64,000 nucleotides of DNA from a virus (Duplodnaviria; Caudoviricetes), in the IMG/VR virus record IMGVR_UViG_3300032312_001958. One strand, 5' to 3'. Position 1 is the first letter of the stretch, and every line of letters starts with the position of its first letter. Shown here piece by piece: positions 38,601 to 48,276 of this stretch. The notes under the pieces were generated by a model that saw only the letters and a program-made list of their open reading frames with translations, was not told the DNA's origin and did no database searches. The position numbers and the translations under genes were made by a program.

Positions 38601-38836
38601 TGAGTTAAAAATATAGGATTTCTTTCACCAAAGTACCCACCAAGAATATTATAATAATAGTATTCGTAAGCCTCATCTTCAGTCATATCCTCCATCAGTT
38701 TTGTGATGATTTTATCTCGAGAATAAATAACTCTTGGTTCGTTACCAAATTCCTCAGTAATACCTACAATACAATCATCAAATCCATCTAATAAGATTGC
38801 ACCTTCGGCAAATTCATTAACATCGTGAATTATCAT
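38594..38836 (-). CDS. small phage protein
   Basis: DGFDDCIVG..EAYEYYYYNILGGYFGE. Confidence 0.75.
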   Translation of the reverse strand: MIIHDVNEFAEGAILLDGFDDCIVGITEEFGNEPRVIYSRDKIITKLMEDMTEDEAYEYYYYNILGGYFGERNPIFLTHQ

Positions 38837-39330
38837 AATTCTGAAAAATTAATACCGTCACTATCTTTGTCACTCATTTTTAATTTAAAAGTAAAACCTG
38901 ATGTCATTTTTGTAATTAACTCTCTAACATCTTCAACACTATCCCATTTTATCGAAACTTCATGGTCTGAAGAGTATTCTTCATCGACTAAGTAATTTAC
39001 TATAGTTCCACTTTGTAAAGTTAAAAATCCGTGGGCGTATCCATGAGGTACATAAAGAACATCACCTTCATTCATTATAAAATCAAAAGTTTTACCAAAA
39101 TTTGGGTTTAACTTATCAATACAGACACAAAAATCTAAAATCCGTCCCTGAATGACAGTTAATTGTTTTGCTTGTGATTTTGGGTATTTTTGTAAATGTA
39201 ATCCTCTGAAAACAAAAATATCTTCATTAATACTAATGTTTGATTGAATCCATTTATTGGATAATTTAATTGGTGTGAAAGAACCTCTATGGTCTTTAAA
39301 TACTGGTTGTTTTTTTAATTCAGGAGTCAT
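38833..39330 (-). CDS. rfbC: dTDP-4-dehydrorhamnose 3,5-epimerase
   Basis: FKDHRGSF, FRGLHLQ, QAK, YVPHGYAHGFLTL, YLVDEEY. Confidence 0.9.
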   Translation of the reverse strand: MTPELKKQPVFKDHRGSFTPIKLSNKWIQSNISINEDIFVFRGLHLQKYPKSQAKQLTVIQGRILDFCVCIDKLNPNFGKTFDFIMNEGDVLYVPHGYAHGFLTLQSGTIVNYLVDEEYSSDHEVSIKWDSVEDVRELITKMTSGFTFKLKMSDKDSDGINFSEL

Positions 39331-39402
39331 AATATCAAATTTAATAATAATACTTTTTTTTGTCAAATGTATATGTCAATATATTTATTGTAAAATCAAA
39401 CT

Positions 39403-39837
39403 ATGAAAGCATATTTTTTAAACATATCTGAAGAAGAAAGAAAACAAATTACTGAAAGACATATTGGTCTATACGATGGTTACAGAACATTACAACCGAA
39501 AGGTAATATGACACCTTTAACTGTTGAGGATTTGGCTGGTGATAAAGATGGGGTAACTGTTTCAAATGAGGGAGAAGTTATGGAATACAGAAACAAGGAT
39601 ATAAATAAAAAAACTAAACAAGTTTGTGAATCTTGTGGTGGGTTATATGAAGGTAAAATGTGTGAACAATGTTCGACTATGAAAGAAGCTGAAGAATGTA
39701 ACGAATGTGGTGATAGTAATAAAGAATACACTATGGAAGAATTAGAGGAAAACGTTAAAGTTAAATCTAAAATTAATTTAATTTCTGAAGAAATTAATAA
39801 ATCAAAAGATTGGTTTAATCGATTAAAAAAATATTGA
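39403..39837 (+). CDS. protein with ISEEERKQITERH leader and CxxC repeats
   Basis: CESC, CEQC, CNEC. Confidence 0.75.
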   Translation: MKAYFLNISEEERKQITERHIGLYDGYRTLQPKGNMTPLTVEDLAGDKDGVTVSNEGEVMEYRNKDINKKTKQVCESCGGLYEGKMCEQCSTMKEAEECNECGDSNKEYTMEELEENVKVKSKINLISEEINKSKDWFNRLKKY

Positions 39838-39838
39838 T

Positions 39839-40159
39839 ATGAACTTGGAATTGGTCGATTTCTACTATAATCAAAAAACTAATATGATTGAGGTCGATTT
39901 CAGAATAGATGACGATTCTGAAGACATGATTCGACACGAGGAATTTGATGTCGATGTTATATTAGAATCAGGATTTCAAATAGTTGATTTTGACGATTTA
40001 AGTGATTCATATTCATCTTATGATGATTTAGAAGATTTTATTTTTGAAAAAGAAGAATCTTCAATTGAACCAACACTCGATGAATATGAATTAAAAAATT
40101 TTCTTATTGAGTATTATTCAAACAATACTGGTAAATTACCTGACACTGAAATATTTTAG
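39839..40159 (+). CDS. acidic hypothetical protein
   Basis: 106-aa ORF. Confidence 0.75.
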   Translation: MNLELVDFYYNQKTNMIEVDFRIDDDSEDMIRHEEFDVDVILESGFQIVDFDDLSDSYSSYDDLEDFIFEKEESSIEPTLDEYELKNFLIEYYSNNTGKLPDTEIF

Positions 40160-40662
40160 GGTCCTACTCGTGTAAATTTAATTACAACTGATTCGTAAGG
40201 ACCTGATGACCCAAACGCCCATTGACCCGTACTTCTTAAAGTTAACGATTCTAATGTAACATCAACAATTTTAAATTTCTTAACTGTACCATCAATGTTA
40301 AAACTTAAAATTTCATCACCACCGACTGAAGTTACACGAGACAATACATATTGGTTTAACCAAATTGTTTGTCCAGTTGTAGTTCCAACAGGGTTAAATG
40401 ATATCATTGAATTAGAAATGTGCCATCTTGTAATACCAACTTCGATTGCGTCTAATGGTAATGTACCATTTGGATTTACATACAAATCACCAGTGTAAAA
40501 ATTTTCACCACTTTCATCAGATGATTGGTCTGAAGTCAACAAAGTTACTCTATCAATTACGTATTCTCCACTTATTGATGTGTATTGAGCATTCCATTCG
40601 TCAGTCTTATAACATGAAGTTAAACTGAAAATACAAAGTAAAAATACGATTAATTTGTTCAT
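40156..40662 (-). CDS. Bacteroidota-type lipoprotein (lipocalin-like)
   Basis: Signal with SLTSC lipobox, ISGEY, TLESLTL; TATATTTG upstream. Confidence 0.7.
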   Translation of the reverse strand: MNKLIVFLLCIFSLTSCYKTDEWNAQYTSISGEYVIDRVTLLTSDQSSDESGENFYTGDLYVNPNGTLPLDAIEVGITRWHISNSMISFNPVGTTTGQTIWLNQYVLSRVTSVGGDEILSFNIDGTVKKFKIVDVTLESLTLRSTGQWAFGSSGPYESVVIKFTRVGP

Positions 40663-40724
40663 TGGATTATTTTTTTACAAATATACTACTTTTTTTCTAA
40701 TTACAAAAATATTTATAAAGTAAA

Positions 40725-41021
40725 ATGTTGTTTGACTTTGAAACATACATAAACTTATTAAAAAGTTTTGGTGAGGAAAAACTGACTGAGCAAGAATCAA
40801 CTCCCCCGCCTTCAGGTGGTGCATCAGGAGGAGGTTCTACACCTCCAGCGGCATACCCAACAGTTACTAAATGGGAGAGTGGTCTAACAAGAGGTAAAGC
40901 GAATCAAATTGCTAATACTAAATGGGAGAGTGGTCTAACAAGAGGTAAAGCAAATCCAGTTAATAATAAAGAAAAATGGACAACAGGAATTAAACGAGGA
41001 AAGGCAAATACGTTATTATGA
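40725..41021 (+). CDS. small protein with TKWESGLTRGKAN repeats
   Basis: Two identical 36-bp copies (40865-40900, 40916-40951) plus a degenerate third. Confidence 0.75.
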   Translation: MLFDFETYINLLKSFGEEKLTEQESTPPPSGGASGGGSTPPAAYPTVTKWESGLTRGKANQIANTKWESGLTRGKANPVNNKEKWTTGIKRGKANTLL

Positions 41022-42601
41022 AAAATACAGATTTAAAAAAAATTGTTAGAAAAGTTTTATTAGAGGCGGTAGATACTTCATTGGTAAATAGAATAATTAA
41101 AAAATTAGATAGTTCTAGTTCTCAGTATAGTTGGACTCTTGGAGGAGGGACTGATGAGGATGCGTACGTTAGTGCGATACAAGAAATACCAAATTTTGAA
41201 ACTGCAAAGGCAATCAACGACAAATTTAATTTAAGAGATTCAATAGACGACGAATTTAATTTTGATAAAGATGATGATTGGGAGTATGTTAGTCAAATTT
41301 TTGACCACATGGAAAGTATTGGGGTTAAAGTGATAAATCCAACTAATCAGGATTCTTTTAATTTTGATTTTTCAAAAAATAGGTCTACTATAGGTGGAGG
41401 TGATTCCACTGACCAAGGTGGGGGACAAAAAACACCTGATAAAGAACAAGAGGTGGTTATTTCAAAAGGAAAATGTAAAGACGCCCCATCTCTTACTAGT
41501 ATATGTTCAGGTTCGGCTTATTTAAAGAGTTGTATGAAAGGTGTTAAAGGTTCTAAAGACGATGCCATATCTAAAGTACAAGAATTTTTAATAAGTAAAG
41601 GTTTTAAAAAAGTTTCAAAAACGGGAGAGGTAGATGCGATTTACGGTCCTTTAACTAAAGAAATGGTTAAACAATATCAAACATCTGTGAATATAAAGGC
41701 CGATGGAATTGCTGGTCCTCAAACTGTCTCAACTATGGGTATTTGTAAAGTTACTAATAATCAACAAGGTGGTACACTACCGGGACCGTCACTACCAGGA
41801 CCATCACTACCAGGACCATCATTACCAAGTCCTGACGGTAGTATACCTACAAAACCTGTTGATGACCCACTTGATGTTAAGGAAACAATATGTAGACCTG
41901 CAGATAAACAAGTTATTACGGCTTATAATTCAATAGTTGATAATATAAAATCTGAAGAACCTAATTTTTTGAGGAGGGAGTGTAGATTAGTAATTAATTA
42001 TCAAATGGAACAAAAAGAACATTGTGATAATTTAGAAGAAGTAATATGTTTTTGTGGGACTAAAGCCAGTTCAGGTGACGATGGGTATTCTTATTTGGGA
42101 GAAAGAAAAAAGTATTTGAAAAATTATGTTAAGACTTACTGTAAATCTGAATTTGTAAAAGATGATAATAAACCAATCACCGTAGATAAAAATAGACCAA
42201 TAATTCCCGGATGTCAAACACCTGGAAGTGTTATTGCAATTCTTCAACAGGAAGATGATAAATTAAGTAAAGAAGATTGTAAAATATTATTTAATGAAGC
42301 GGTTAATTGGTATAACTCATGGAAAAAATGTGAAAGAGGGAAAAACTCTCCAAATCCTGCATACAAAGACAAATGTTTTTCTTGTTTAAATAGATATAAT
42401 TTCAATTGGAAAGATTTAGGTAGTGGGGAAAATAAAGTTATGAAGATGTATAATTTTAATAAAAGAGAGATTAATAAAAAACAAAGAAGAGAACTTACAA
42501 GAATGGAATCAATTGAATCTTTAAACACTGCTCTTTTGTACATGAATTATGATATGAATAAAACTTTAACTGAAAATAAAAATATAATTTTAAAAAAATG
42601 A
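41018..42601 (+). CDS. Cys-rich protein with peptidoglycan-binding domain
   Basis: VQEFL..VDAIYGPLT..YQ..ADGIAGPQT; GTDED; LPGPS x3. Confidence 0.7.
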   Translation: MKNTDLKKIVRKVLLEAVDTSLVNRIIKKLDSSSSQYSWTLGGGTDEDAYVSAIQEIPNFETAKAINDKFNLRDSIDDEFNFDKDDDWEYVSQIFDHMESIGVKVINPTNQDSFNFDFSKNRSTIGGGDSTDQGGGQKTPDKEQEVVISKGKCKDAPSLTSICSGSAYLKSCMKGVKGSKDDAISKVQEFLISKGFKKVSKTGEVDAIYGPLTKEMVKQYQTSVNIKADGIAGPQTVSTMGICKVTNNQQGGTLPGPSLPGPSLPGPSLPSPDGSIPTKPVDDPLDVKETICRPADKQVITAYNSIVDNIKSEEPNFLRRECRLVINYQMEQKEHCDNLEEVICFCGTKASSGDDGYSYLGERKKYLKNYVKTYCKSEFVKDDNKPITVDKNRPIIPGCQTPGSVIAILQQEDDKLSKEDCKILFNEAVNWYNSWKKCERGKNSPNPAYKDKCFSCLNRYNFNWKDLGSGENKVMKMYNFNKREINKKQRRELTRMESIESLNTALLYMNYDMNKTLTENKNIILKK

Positions 42602-43242
42602 CAAAGACTGAAAAAGAATTTAAAATAGTTTGTGAAAAATTCATACAATCCCCACCAAAATACAGGATGAAGATTGTGTTACCACAATTAATTGAATCTA
42701 TGAATCAAGTAAAACTTGAAAAGTTAAAAATGTTAAGTGAAGATAAAAGTTGGATTGATAGTATAGGTGACACAGTATCAGGTTGGTTTGGTGGTACTGG
42801 TATGAACACTATTTGGGAAAGAGTTATTGACGGTATTTTAGACGGAATGGGATTAGAAGAAGGTATAATGAGAGATACCGTATCTGTAGTTTTAGCGAAT
42901 GCTAAATGGAGTGAAATTCCAGGTATCCTTACTGACTGTGGTAAATTTAGTGATTTAGTTGTTGCTCAAATACCTGAAATTATTACAAAATATGTTGCAA
43001 GGCAATTTGTGGATGAAGACATTTTAACAGTTGCATTAAGAAAAACAATTGTTGACACTCTTGCAACTACTGAATTTGCTCAAAGTATGAAAGGTACCGT
43101 TAGAAAAATTGTTTGTGACGCAATGGGATGGTTAGGAGGATTATTCGGTGGTGGGATGACACAGGAAAAAATAGACCAACGTAAAAAAGAACTTCCCGCA
43201 TATAGTAGAGGGAAAGACACAAAACCAGTAGTATTTAAGTAA
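42598..43242 (+). CDS. hypothetical protein
   Basis: 214-aa coupled ORF. Confidence 0.75.
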   Translation: MTKTEKEFKIVCEKFIQSPPKYRMKIVLPQLIESMNQVKLEKLKMLSEDKSWIDSIGDTVSGWFGGTGMNTIWERVIDGILDGMGLEEGIMRDTVSVVLANAKWSEIPGILTDCGKFSDLVVAQIPEIITKYVARQFVDEDILTVALRKTIVDTLATTEFAQSMKGTVRKIVCDAMGWLGGLFGGGMTQEKIDQRKKELPAYSRGKDTKPVVFK

Positions 43243-43344
43243 CTTAAAAAATTGATGAACTGAGAAGTTCTCAATATAAACCATATATTTCAAAGGGGGT
43301 ATTTAAATCTACGATAAAGGTGACGAGAGTCACCTTTATTGTTT

Positions 43345-43833
43345 TTAAAAACTTTGTAAAAATTCTTCGTAAATTCTTTTTAATTTTTCAGTTGACGAAT
43401 CATAAAAGATATTAGGCTCGGAAGGGAGTGTTATCATTTTTAATCCTGATTCATGAAGTAGTTTATCACCTTTTTTTAAATTACACGGACTACAACAAGT
43501 CACAAGATTTGACCAAGTATTTCCACCACCTTTACTTTTTGGTAAAATGTGGTCAATTGTTAAATTTTTTTTACTTCCACAATAAACGCAAGTGTGTCCA
43601 TCTCGTCTCATAATTCTATGACGGTTAACTCTCATTTTTCTGAATTTGTATTTAACGTAATTATTTAAACGAATTATGATTGGTTTATTGATAATATATA
43701 AACCACAATAAATTAACTCATCAGAACTTTTAACCGCCTCAGCTTTACCTTTATATAATAAATTAAAACCTCTTTTAAAAGAAGTTATATTTATTGGGGT
43801 ATAATCTGAGTTTAAAACTAAAATTGAATTCAT
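43345..43833 (-). CDS. HNH endonuclease (McrA-like)
   Basis: LVLNSDY, RDGHTCVYCG, TIDHILPKSKGG..NLVTCCSPCNLKK. Confidence 0.9.
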   Translation of the reverse strand: MNSILVLNSDYTPINITSFKRGFNLLYKGKAEAVKSSDELIYCGLYIINKPIIIRLNNYVKYKFRKMRVNRHRIMRRDGHTCVYCGSKKNLTIDHILPKSKGGGNTWSNLVTCCSPCNLKKGDKLLHESGLKMITLPSEPNIFYDSSTEKLKRIYEEFLQSF

Positions 43834-43899
43834 AATTGATACAAATATAAAAACAATATTTGATTTTCAAAATATACTTATCATTTATATTTATTTGAT

Positions 43900-44670
43900 A
43901 TGGATAAAAATAAATTAATTTCATTAGCCAATAGATTAGGAAAAACTATTCTAAAAAAATATTCAGGTAAAATGTTACCTGGTGATGCGTATAATGAACT
44001 AAGAAAGGATGAACAATATAGTTTTTTATTTAGACAACCAAATGGGGACATTGTTATTATCTGTTTTTTAGTTTCAATACCTGAACATCAAAGAGAATCT
44101 CAGTTTGATAATATAATATCAAATTTATTCACATTTACGTATTATACAATTGAAAGTGACGAGGTTGATGAGGAGTGTTCTGACTGTTACGGTAATGGGA
44201 CGGTCGATTGTAGTAATTGCGATGGTAATGGTAAGGTTGATTGTGATGAATGTGATGGTGATGGTGAAGATTCAGATGGTGATACTTGTGACAGATGTGA
44301 TGGTGAAGGTGATTTTCAATGTGACTATTGTGGTGGTAGTGGACAAGAGACTTGTGACAGATGTGAAGGCCAAGGATACATAAACATTGATGACACTTAT
44401 GAAATTGAACAGTATTATTGTGCGTCATACGACCCAAAAATATTTGAGATTTGCGAAATGTATGAGGAAGATGATGTTGTAACATCAGGAGATATTAATA
44501 CTATTGAGAATAGAAAAAAAACAATAGTATTATACACCGATACGAGAAATATTGTGGAAAACAGTGAGTTATATCGTAACGATATTCATTTTTATGAATA
44601 TAACAGGACTCCTGAATTTTATGGTAATGGTAACTATATTTCTGACACCCACATTAATGATAAAGATTAA
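43900..44670 (+). CDS. protein with DnaJ-type CxxCxGxG zinc-finger repeats
   Basis: Six CxxCxGxG repeats. Confidence 0.8.
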   Translation: MDKNKLISLANRLGKTILKKYSGKMLPGDAYNELRKDEQYSFLFRQPNGDIVIICFLVSIPEHQRESQFDNIISNLFTFTYYTIESDEVDEECSDCYGNGTVDCSNCDGNGKVDCDECDGDGEDSDGDTCDRCDGEGDFQCDYCGGSGQETCDRCEGQGYINIDDTYEIEQYYCASYDPKIFEICEMYEEDDVVTSGDINTIENRKKTIVLYTDTRNIVENSELYRNDIHFYEYNRTPEFYGNGNYISDTHINDKD

Positions 44671-44700
44671 AAAAAGAGGACTTTGTCCTCTTTTTTGTTA

Positions 44701-44775
44701 TGGTACCCCCGTCTGGACTCGAACCAGAAATAACTGCTTAGAAGGCAGTGGGTATATCCCTTTACCTACAGGGGC
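44701..44775 (-). tRNA. tRNA-Arg(UCU)
   Basis: Cloverleaf GCCCCTG..ACTGC-CTTCTAA-GCAGT..TCTGG-TTCGAGT-CCAGA-CGGGGGT-A-CCA; TATATTTG upstream. Confidence 0.95.
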
Positions 44776-44814
44776 GATTTTATTAATACAAATATAAATA
44801 AAAAAATATAAGTA

Positions 44815-44988
44815 TCAAATTTTTTTAATAGTATACCTATGTCCCGAATCTGAATTCATCTGAAGAATGTTTTTAAAATCTTCAGCTTGTTCACTCGAAT
44901 TAAATTCAAGAACTTCATCCTGAGAATTTAAAATTATTACAGGTAATTCTTTTTTATCAACTTTGATATATTTTACTATACAATACAT
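44815..44988 (-). CDS. 57-aa hypothetical protein
   Basis: MYCIVKYIK..LPVIILNSQDEVLEF; below track cutoff. Confidence 0.65.
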   Translation of the reverse strand: MYCIVKYIKVDKKELPVIILNSQDEVLEFNSSEQAEDFKNILQMNSDSGHRYTIKKI

Positions 44989-44990
44989 AT

Positions 44991-45182
44991 TTAAAAATGT
45001 GTTCCGCTATAATTGTCCCATGGACAAGGGTCCACAGATATTTTTAATTTAGATTTTTTAATAATTTGAATATCTTTATCTTTTAAAAAATCAGAATCAT
45101 TTTTAAAATCTTTCCAAGTATCAAAATCTTTTAAAGATTCTAACACCTCAACAGGTAAAATAACATATTCAGTACTATTCAT
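44991..45182 (-). CDS. hypothetical protein
   Basis: LKDFDTWKDFKN; in operon. Confidence 0.65.
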   Translation of the reverse strand: MNSTEYVILPVEVLESLKDFDTWKDFKNDSDFLKDKDIQIIKKSKLKISVDPCPWDNYSGTHF

Positions 45183-45186
45183 AATT

Positions 45187-45360
45187 CTATCTTGATGGTA
45201 GTATTATCCACATCACAATATAAATAGTAACAACTGGAATACTTGTAGAAAATAACAAATATAAAAAAATTAATCTTACAATAAATGAGGGTATACCAAA
45301 TTTCTCAGAAATTCCTGAACAAATCCCTCCTAATATTTTTCCATATGATGAACGATACAT
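45187..45360 (-). CDS. PspC domain membrane protein
   Basis: MYRS..KILGGICSGISEKFGI..IVRLIF..YIVMWIILP; TAACTTTG upstream; below track cutoff. Confidence 0.8.
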   Translation of the reverse strand: MYRSSYGKILGGICSGISEKFGIPSFIVRLIFLYLLFSTSIPVVTIYIVMWIILPSR

Positions 45361-45424
45361 ATTACAAAGTTACAAAAAAAAATGAAATACACAACATTTA
45401 TAATGAATAATATATTTATAATAT

Positions 45425-46645
45425 ATGAAATTCAACCAAGTTACAAATGCGGGTGATAAAAAAATTACCAGAGGATATGGTATGAAAATGCACCCTATTC
45501 ATAAAAGAATGAGAATGCACCATGGAATTGACATTCCAGTATCGACAGGTCATGACATTTATGCAATTGCGGATGGTGTAATTATCGATAGTGAAATTAG
45601 AGGAGACGCTTGTGGAGGTACTATAAAAGTTTCTCACGGAGTTGTAAACGGTAAAAAATTATACACTAGATTTTGTCACTGTAGTAAACTTTTAAAAAAC
45701 AAAGGTGACATTGTTAAAAAAGGAGATGTCATTGCAAAATCAGGTGGAGGTAAAGGTGACCCAGGCCGAGGTGGGTCCACGGGTCCACATATTCATTTTG
45801 AAGTTTACGAAAATGGAAGTACTGTTAACCCAATGCCTTATTATAAAAATTCTGTAGGTGGGGAACAAACTGAGTTACCGAGTGAAGTTGATTTGGACAA
45901 ATATAAAGATGAGTTAGATATGGACACAGGTGATACAAAAAAAACATCAAGACAAGTTGCTAAAGATTTAATAAAAAAATTATTTGGAATAGATAAAAAT
46001 TCGTCTATTGAAAATGAGGTTGTAAATGAAATATTTAGAGTTAGAGAAATTATAGAAGAGCAAATTCCGACTTTTAACATTAACACAGGTAGTAATAATA
46101 ATAATAATAATAATGACGGTAAAACTTGCGGACCGTATGACCCTAATTCACTACCCGTTAAACCATGTACTTCAAGAGTTGCAAATGGTAACGTGATTAC
46201 ATATACAGGGTCAGATGTTATTGCTCAAGACACTGGCACTATTACGGGTGTCACTAAAGGAAGTTATACTCAGGCAATAAAAATTGGTAATACCGCTTAT
46301 TATTGGAATGGTAGCTTAGATAAACAAATGGGTGTTAATATAAATAAGGGTGATAAATTAGGTATGACAGGGTCAGATAAAAAATTAATTACCCAACCTT
46401 ATAGTTCACAAACTCCAAATAAGACTCAAACTTCTACTCCTTCTAAAAATGATGGAAAGACAGTAAATCCTTTATCTCAAACCTCAAGTGACTCTAGAGG
46501 TCAGGCTAAAGATTACGTTAAAAATATTATTAACACATTAACAGGTACTCAAACACAAGCCCCAACTACAAAAACGGAATCAATTGAAAAATTAAAACCT
46601 TTAATTGAAAACGAATTAAAAAGTTTTAAAAAATTTATAAAATGA
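45425..46645 (+). CDS. M23 family metallopeptidase
   Basis: HHGID, YTRFCH, STGPHIHFEV. Confidence 0.9.
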   Translation: MKFNQVTNAGDKKITRGYGMKMHPIHKRMRMHHGIDIPVSTGHDIYAIADGVIIDSEIRGDACGGTIKVSHGVVNGKKLYTRFCHCSKLLKNKGDIVKKGDVIAKSGGGKGDPGRGGSTGPHIHFEVYENGSTVNPMPYYKNSVGGEQTELPSEVDLDKYKDELDMDTGDTKKTSRQVAKDLIKKLFGIDKNSSIENEVVNEIFRVREIIEEQIPTFNINTGSNNNNNNNDGKTCGPYDPNSLPVKPCTSRVANGNVITYTGSDVIAQDTGTITGVTKGSYTQAIKIGNTAYYWNGSLDKQMGVNINKGDKLGMTGSDKKLITQPYSSQTPNKTQTSTPSKNDGKTVNPLSQTSSDSRGQAKDYVKNIINTLTGTQTQAPTTKTESIEKLKPLIENELKSFKKFIK

Positions 46646-47379
46646 CAGGTAATTACAAAGTTAAAGCCCCGATAGGAGGTGTGGGAATTAGACAAAAGGA
46701 TACTTCAGATAAAGGAATTTTATTTGAGGTTACGGATGGTAATGATTATTCAGTGTACCCATGTTTACCTGGTATTGTGTCAAAAATTGACGATGAAGAA
46801 GTAACAATTAAACATAAAGATTATGTTGGTAAAGACTTTATTTCAATATATGAGATTGATGGTAAAATTAAAGTAAAAGAAAAACAAGAAGTTACTCAGT
46901 CAACTGTAATTGGTAAAACTGATGAAGAAGTAATTTTTAAAGTTAAAGATGGTGGTTCATATACTAGTGCTAAAGATTTCATAGGTAAAGAATTTGGTAA
47001 GGCAAAAGAAACTACATTAACATCAAAACAAAAGGCAAGATGTATTGCTCGAAGTATTGTTGGATTACCGGCTAAAGCCTTTGGTGTTGACGAATACGAC
47101 CCATGCGCTGAGTTTTACGGGGAAAAATCTAAGAAACCATCTGAACCAGTTGATACTGAAATAAAAAAAGATAAGAAAAATAATAATGGGGACAATGATG
47201 GGAGAGAAAAATATAAAGATATTGACCCAAATAAATCATTACCTGACGAGACAGGTGGAGAAGAGGAAGAAGATGAACCAACTTTATTAGATAGAGGAGT
47301 TAAATTGATTGGGTCGGTTACAGAGTCTAAAGAATTAAATGAAGAGATATCAAGGATAAAAGAATTATTAAGACTATAA
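46642..47379 (+). CDS. degenerate M23-like protein
   Basis: M23 fold pattern without Zn ligands; C-terminal LNEEISRIKELL. Confidence 0.55.
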   Translation: MTGNYKVKAPIGGVGIRQKDTSDKGILFEVTDGNDYSVYPCLPGIVSKIDDEEVTIKHKDYVGKDFISIYEIDGKIKVKEKQEVTQSTVIGKTDEEVIFKVKDGGSYTSAKDFIGKEFGKAKETTLTSKQKARCIARSIVGLPAKAFGVDEYDPCAEFYGEKSKKPSEPVDTEIKKDKKNNNGDNDGREKYKDIDPNKSLPDETGGEEEEDEPTLLDRGVKLIGSVTESKELNEEISRIKELLRL

Positions 47380-47385
47380 TTTGTT

Positions 47386-47790
47386 ATGTTTGATAAAGAA
47401 CAAATAAAAAGACTTAAAGAATTATTGTCTCAAATGGGATTTGGTAATGAGGATATTAAATCAGAGATGAGATATTTAAAAAAACATTTATAAAATTTAC
47501 CTGAAGAAATTATATTATATAGAATTATAAGTGTTGATAACAAAGAAGATATTAATACTAAATTACCTGGGTCTCACTACAGTCATTCTAAAAAAGATTT
47601 AATTAGTTCTCATAATTTTACCACAGGGTATGGTGAAAAAAAATTCTTAATAACCGTAAAGGCTAAAAGAAATCAGATTGATTTTTTTTCAACACTTGAA
47701 AATAATATATTGTATCCTAACGAACAAGAAATTACCTTAAAAAATAAAGGTAAGGGTGTTGAGATAACGTCTATAAAAGAAATAAAATAA
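47386..47790 (+). pseudogene. ADP-ribosyltransferase-like ORF interrupted by in-frame TAA at 47491-47493
   Basis: Same frame continues after the stop: IILYRII, GSHYS, PNEQEIT (R-S-ExE pattern). Confidence 0.55.
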
Positions 47791-47814
47791 AGGGACCTAA
47801 GTCCCTTTATTATT

Positions 47815-48207
47815 TGGTGGAGATGCCGGGGGTCGAACCCGGGTCCAAATAAGTAAGACATAAAACACTACACGTTTAGGTCATTGTTTTTCTAAACAAT
47901 CCGAAACTTCACAATTCCCTTATTTTATAGTGGTTCGGTTTACTGAGAACTAATCCTCCACTTCGTTTCTTTTTGGGTAGAAACCACACCACAACTACGA
48001 CTTCTGTTGCAAGGTTGTATGTCTGCCGACCCCTAGTAGGTTAATTCTAAATTAAGCTACAGATACTTCTTCAGTACGGATTAAACCGATTGTAGAAAGT
48101 TTGTTGATAACGTTGCCGTTTATAATTTGAATCAGTTTAACGGAGTTAACTCAGCTCCGACGTGCGTTTTATGGCGTATCATACCTGTCAAAGCCAAAAA
48201 CATCCCC
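47815..48207 (-). ncRNA. ssrA: tmRNA
   Basis: 5' GGGGATG..GAC, 3' CCGGGTTCGACCCCCGGCATCTCCACCA; tag ORF 48117-48052 GNVINKLSTIGLIRTEEVSVA*. Confidence 0.92.
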
Positions 48208-48276
48208 ATAAATCAAAGAACTATTGTGTAAAGATATAAATATATTCTTACTTATACAAGTATTTATTAAAAAAAT

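Noticed and set aside
40865-40951. 36-bp direct repeat as a second CRISPR-like array
   Set aside because: Two copies with a 15-bp similar linker and a third copy conserved only as protein: a coding repeat.
43345-43833. HNH as a Cas9/IscB-like effector for the array
   Set aside because: 162-aa stand-alone McrA-type HNH with no RuvC or bridge helix, 34 kb from the array.
44135-44797. His-rich and Val/Met-rich alternative-frame ORFs
   Set aside because: Shadows of the CxxCxGxG gene or overlapping the tRNA. The same applies to most antisense ORFs in the track, e.g. 162-467, 26176-26583, 35505-35945, 62060-62527.
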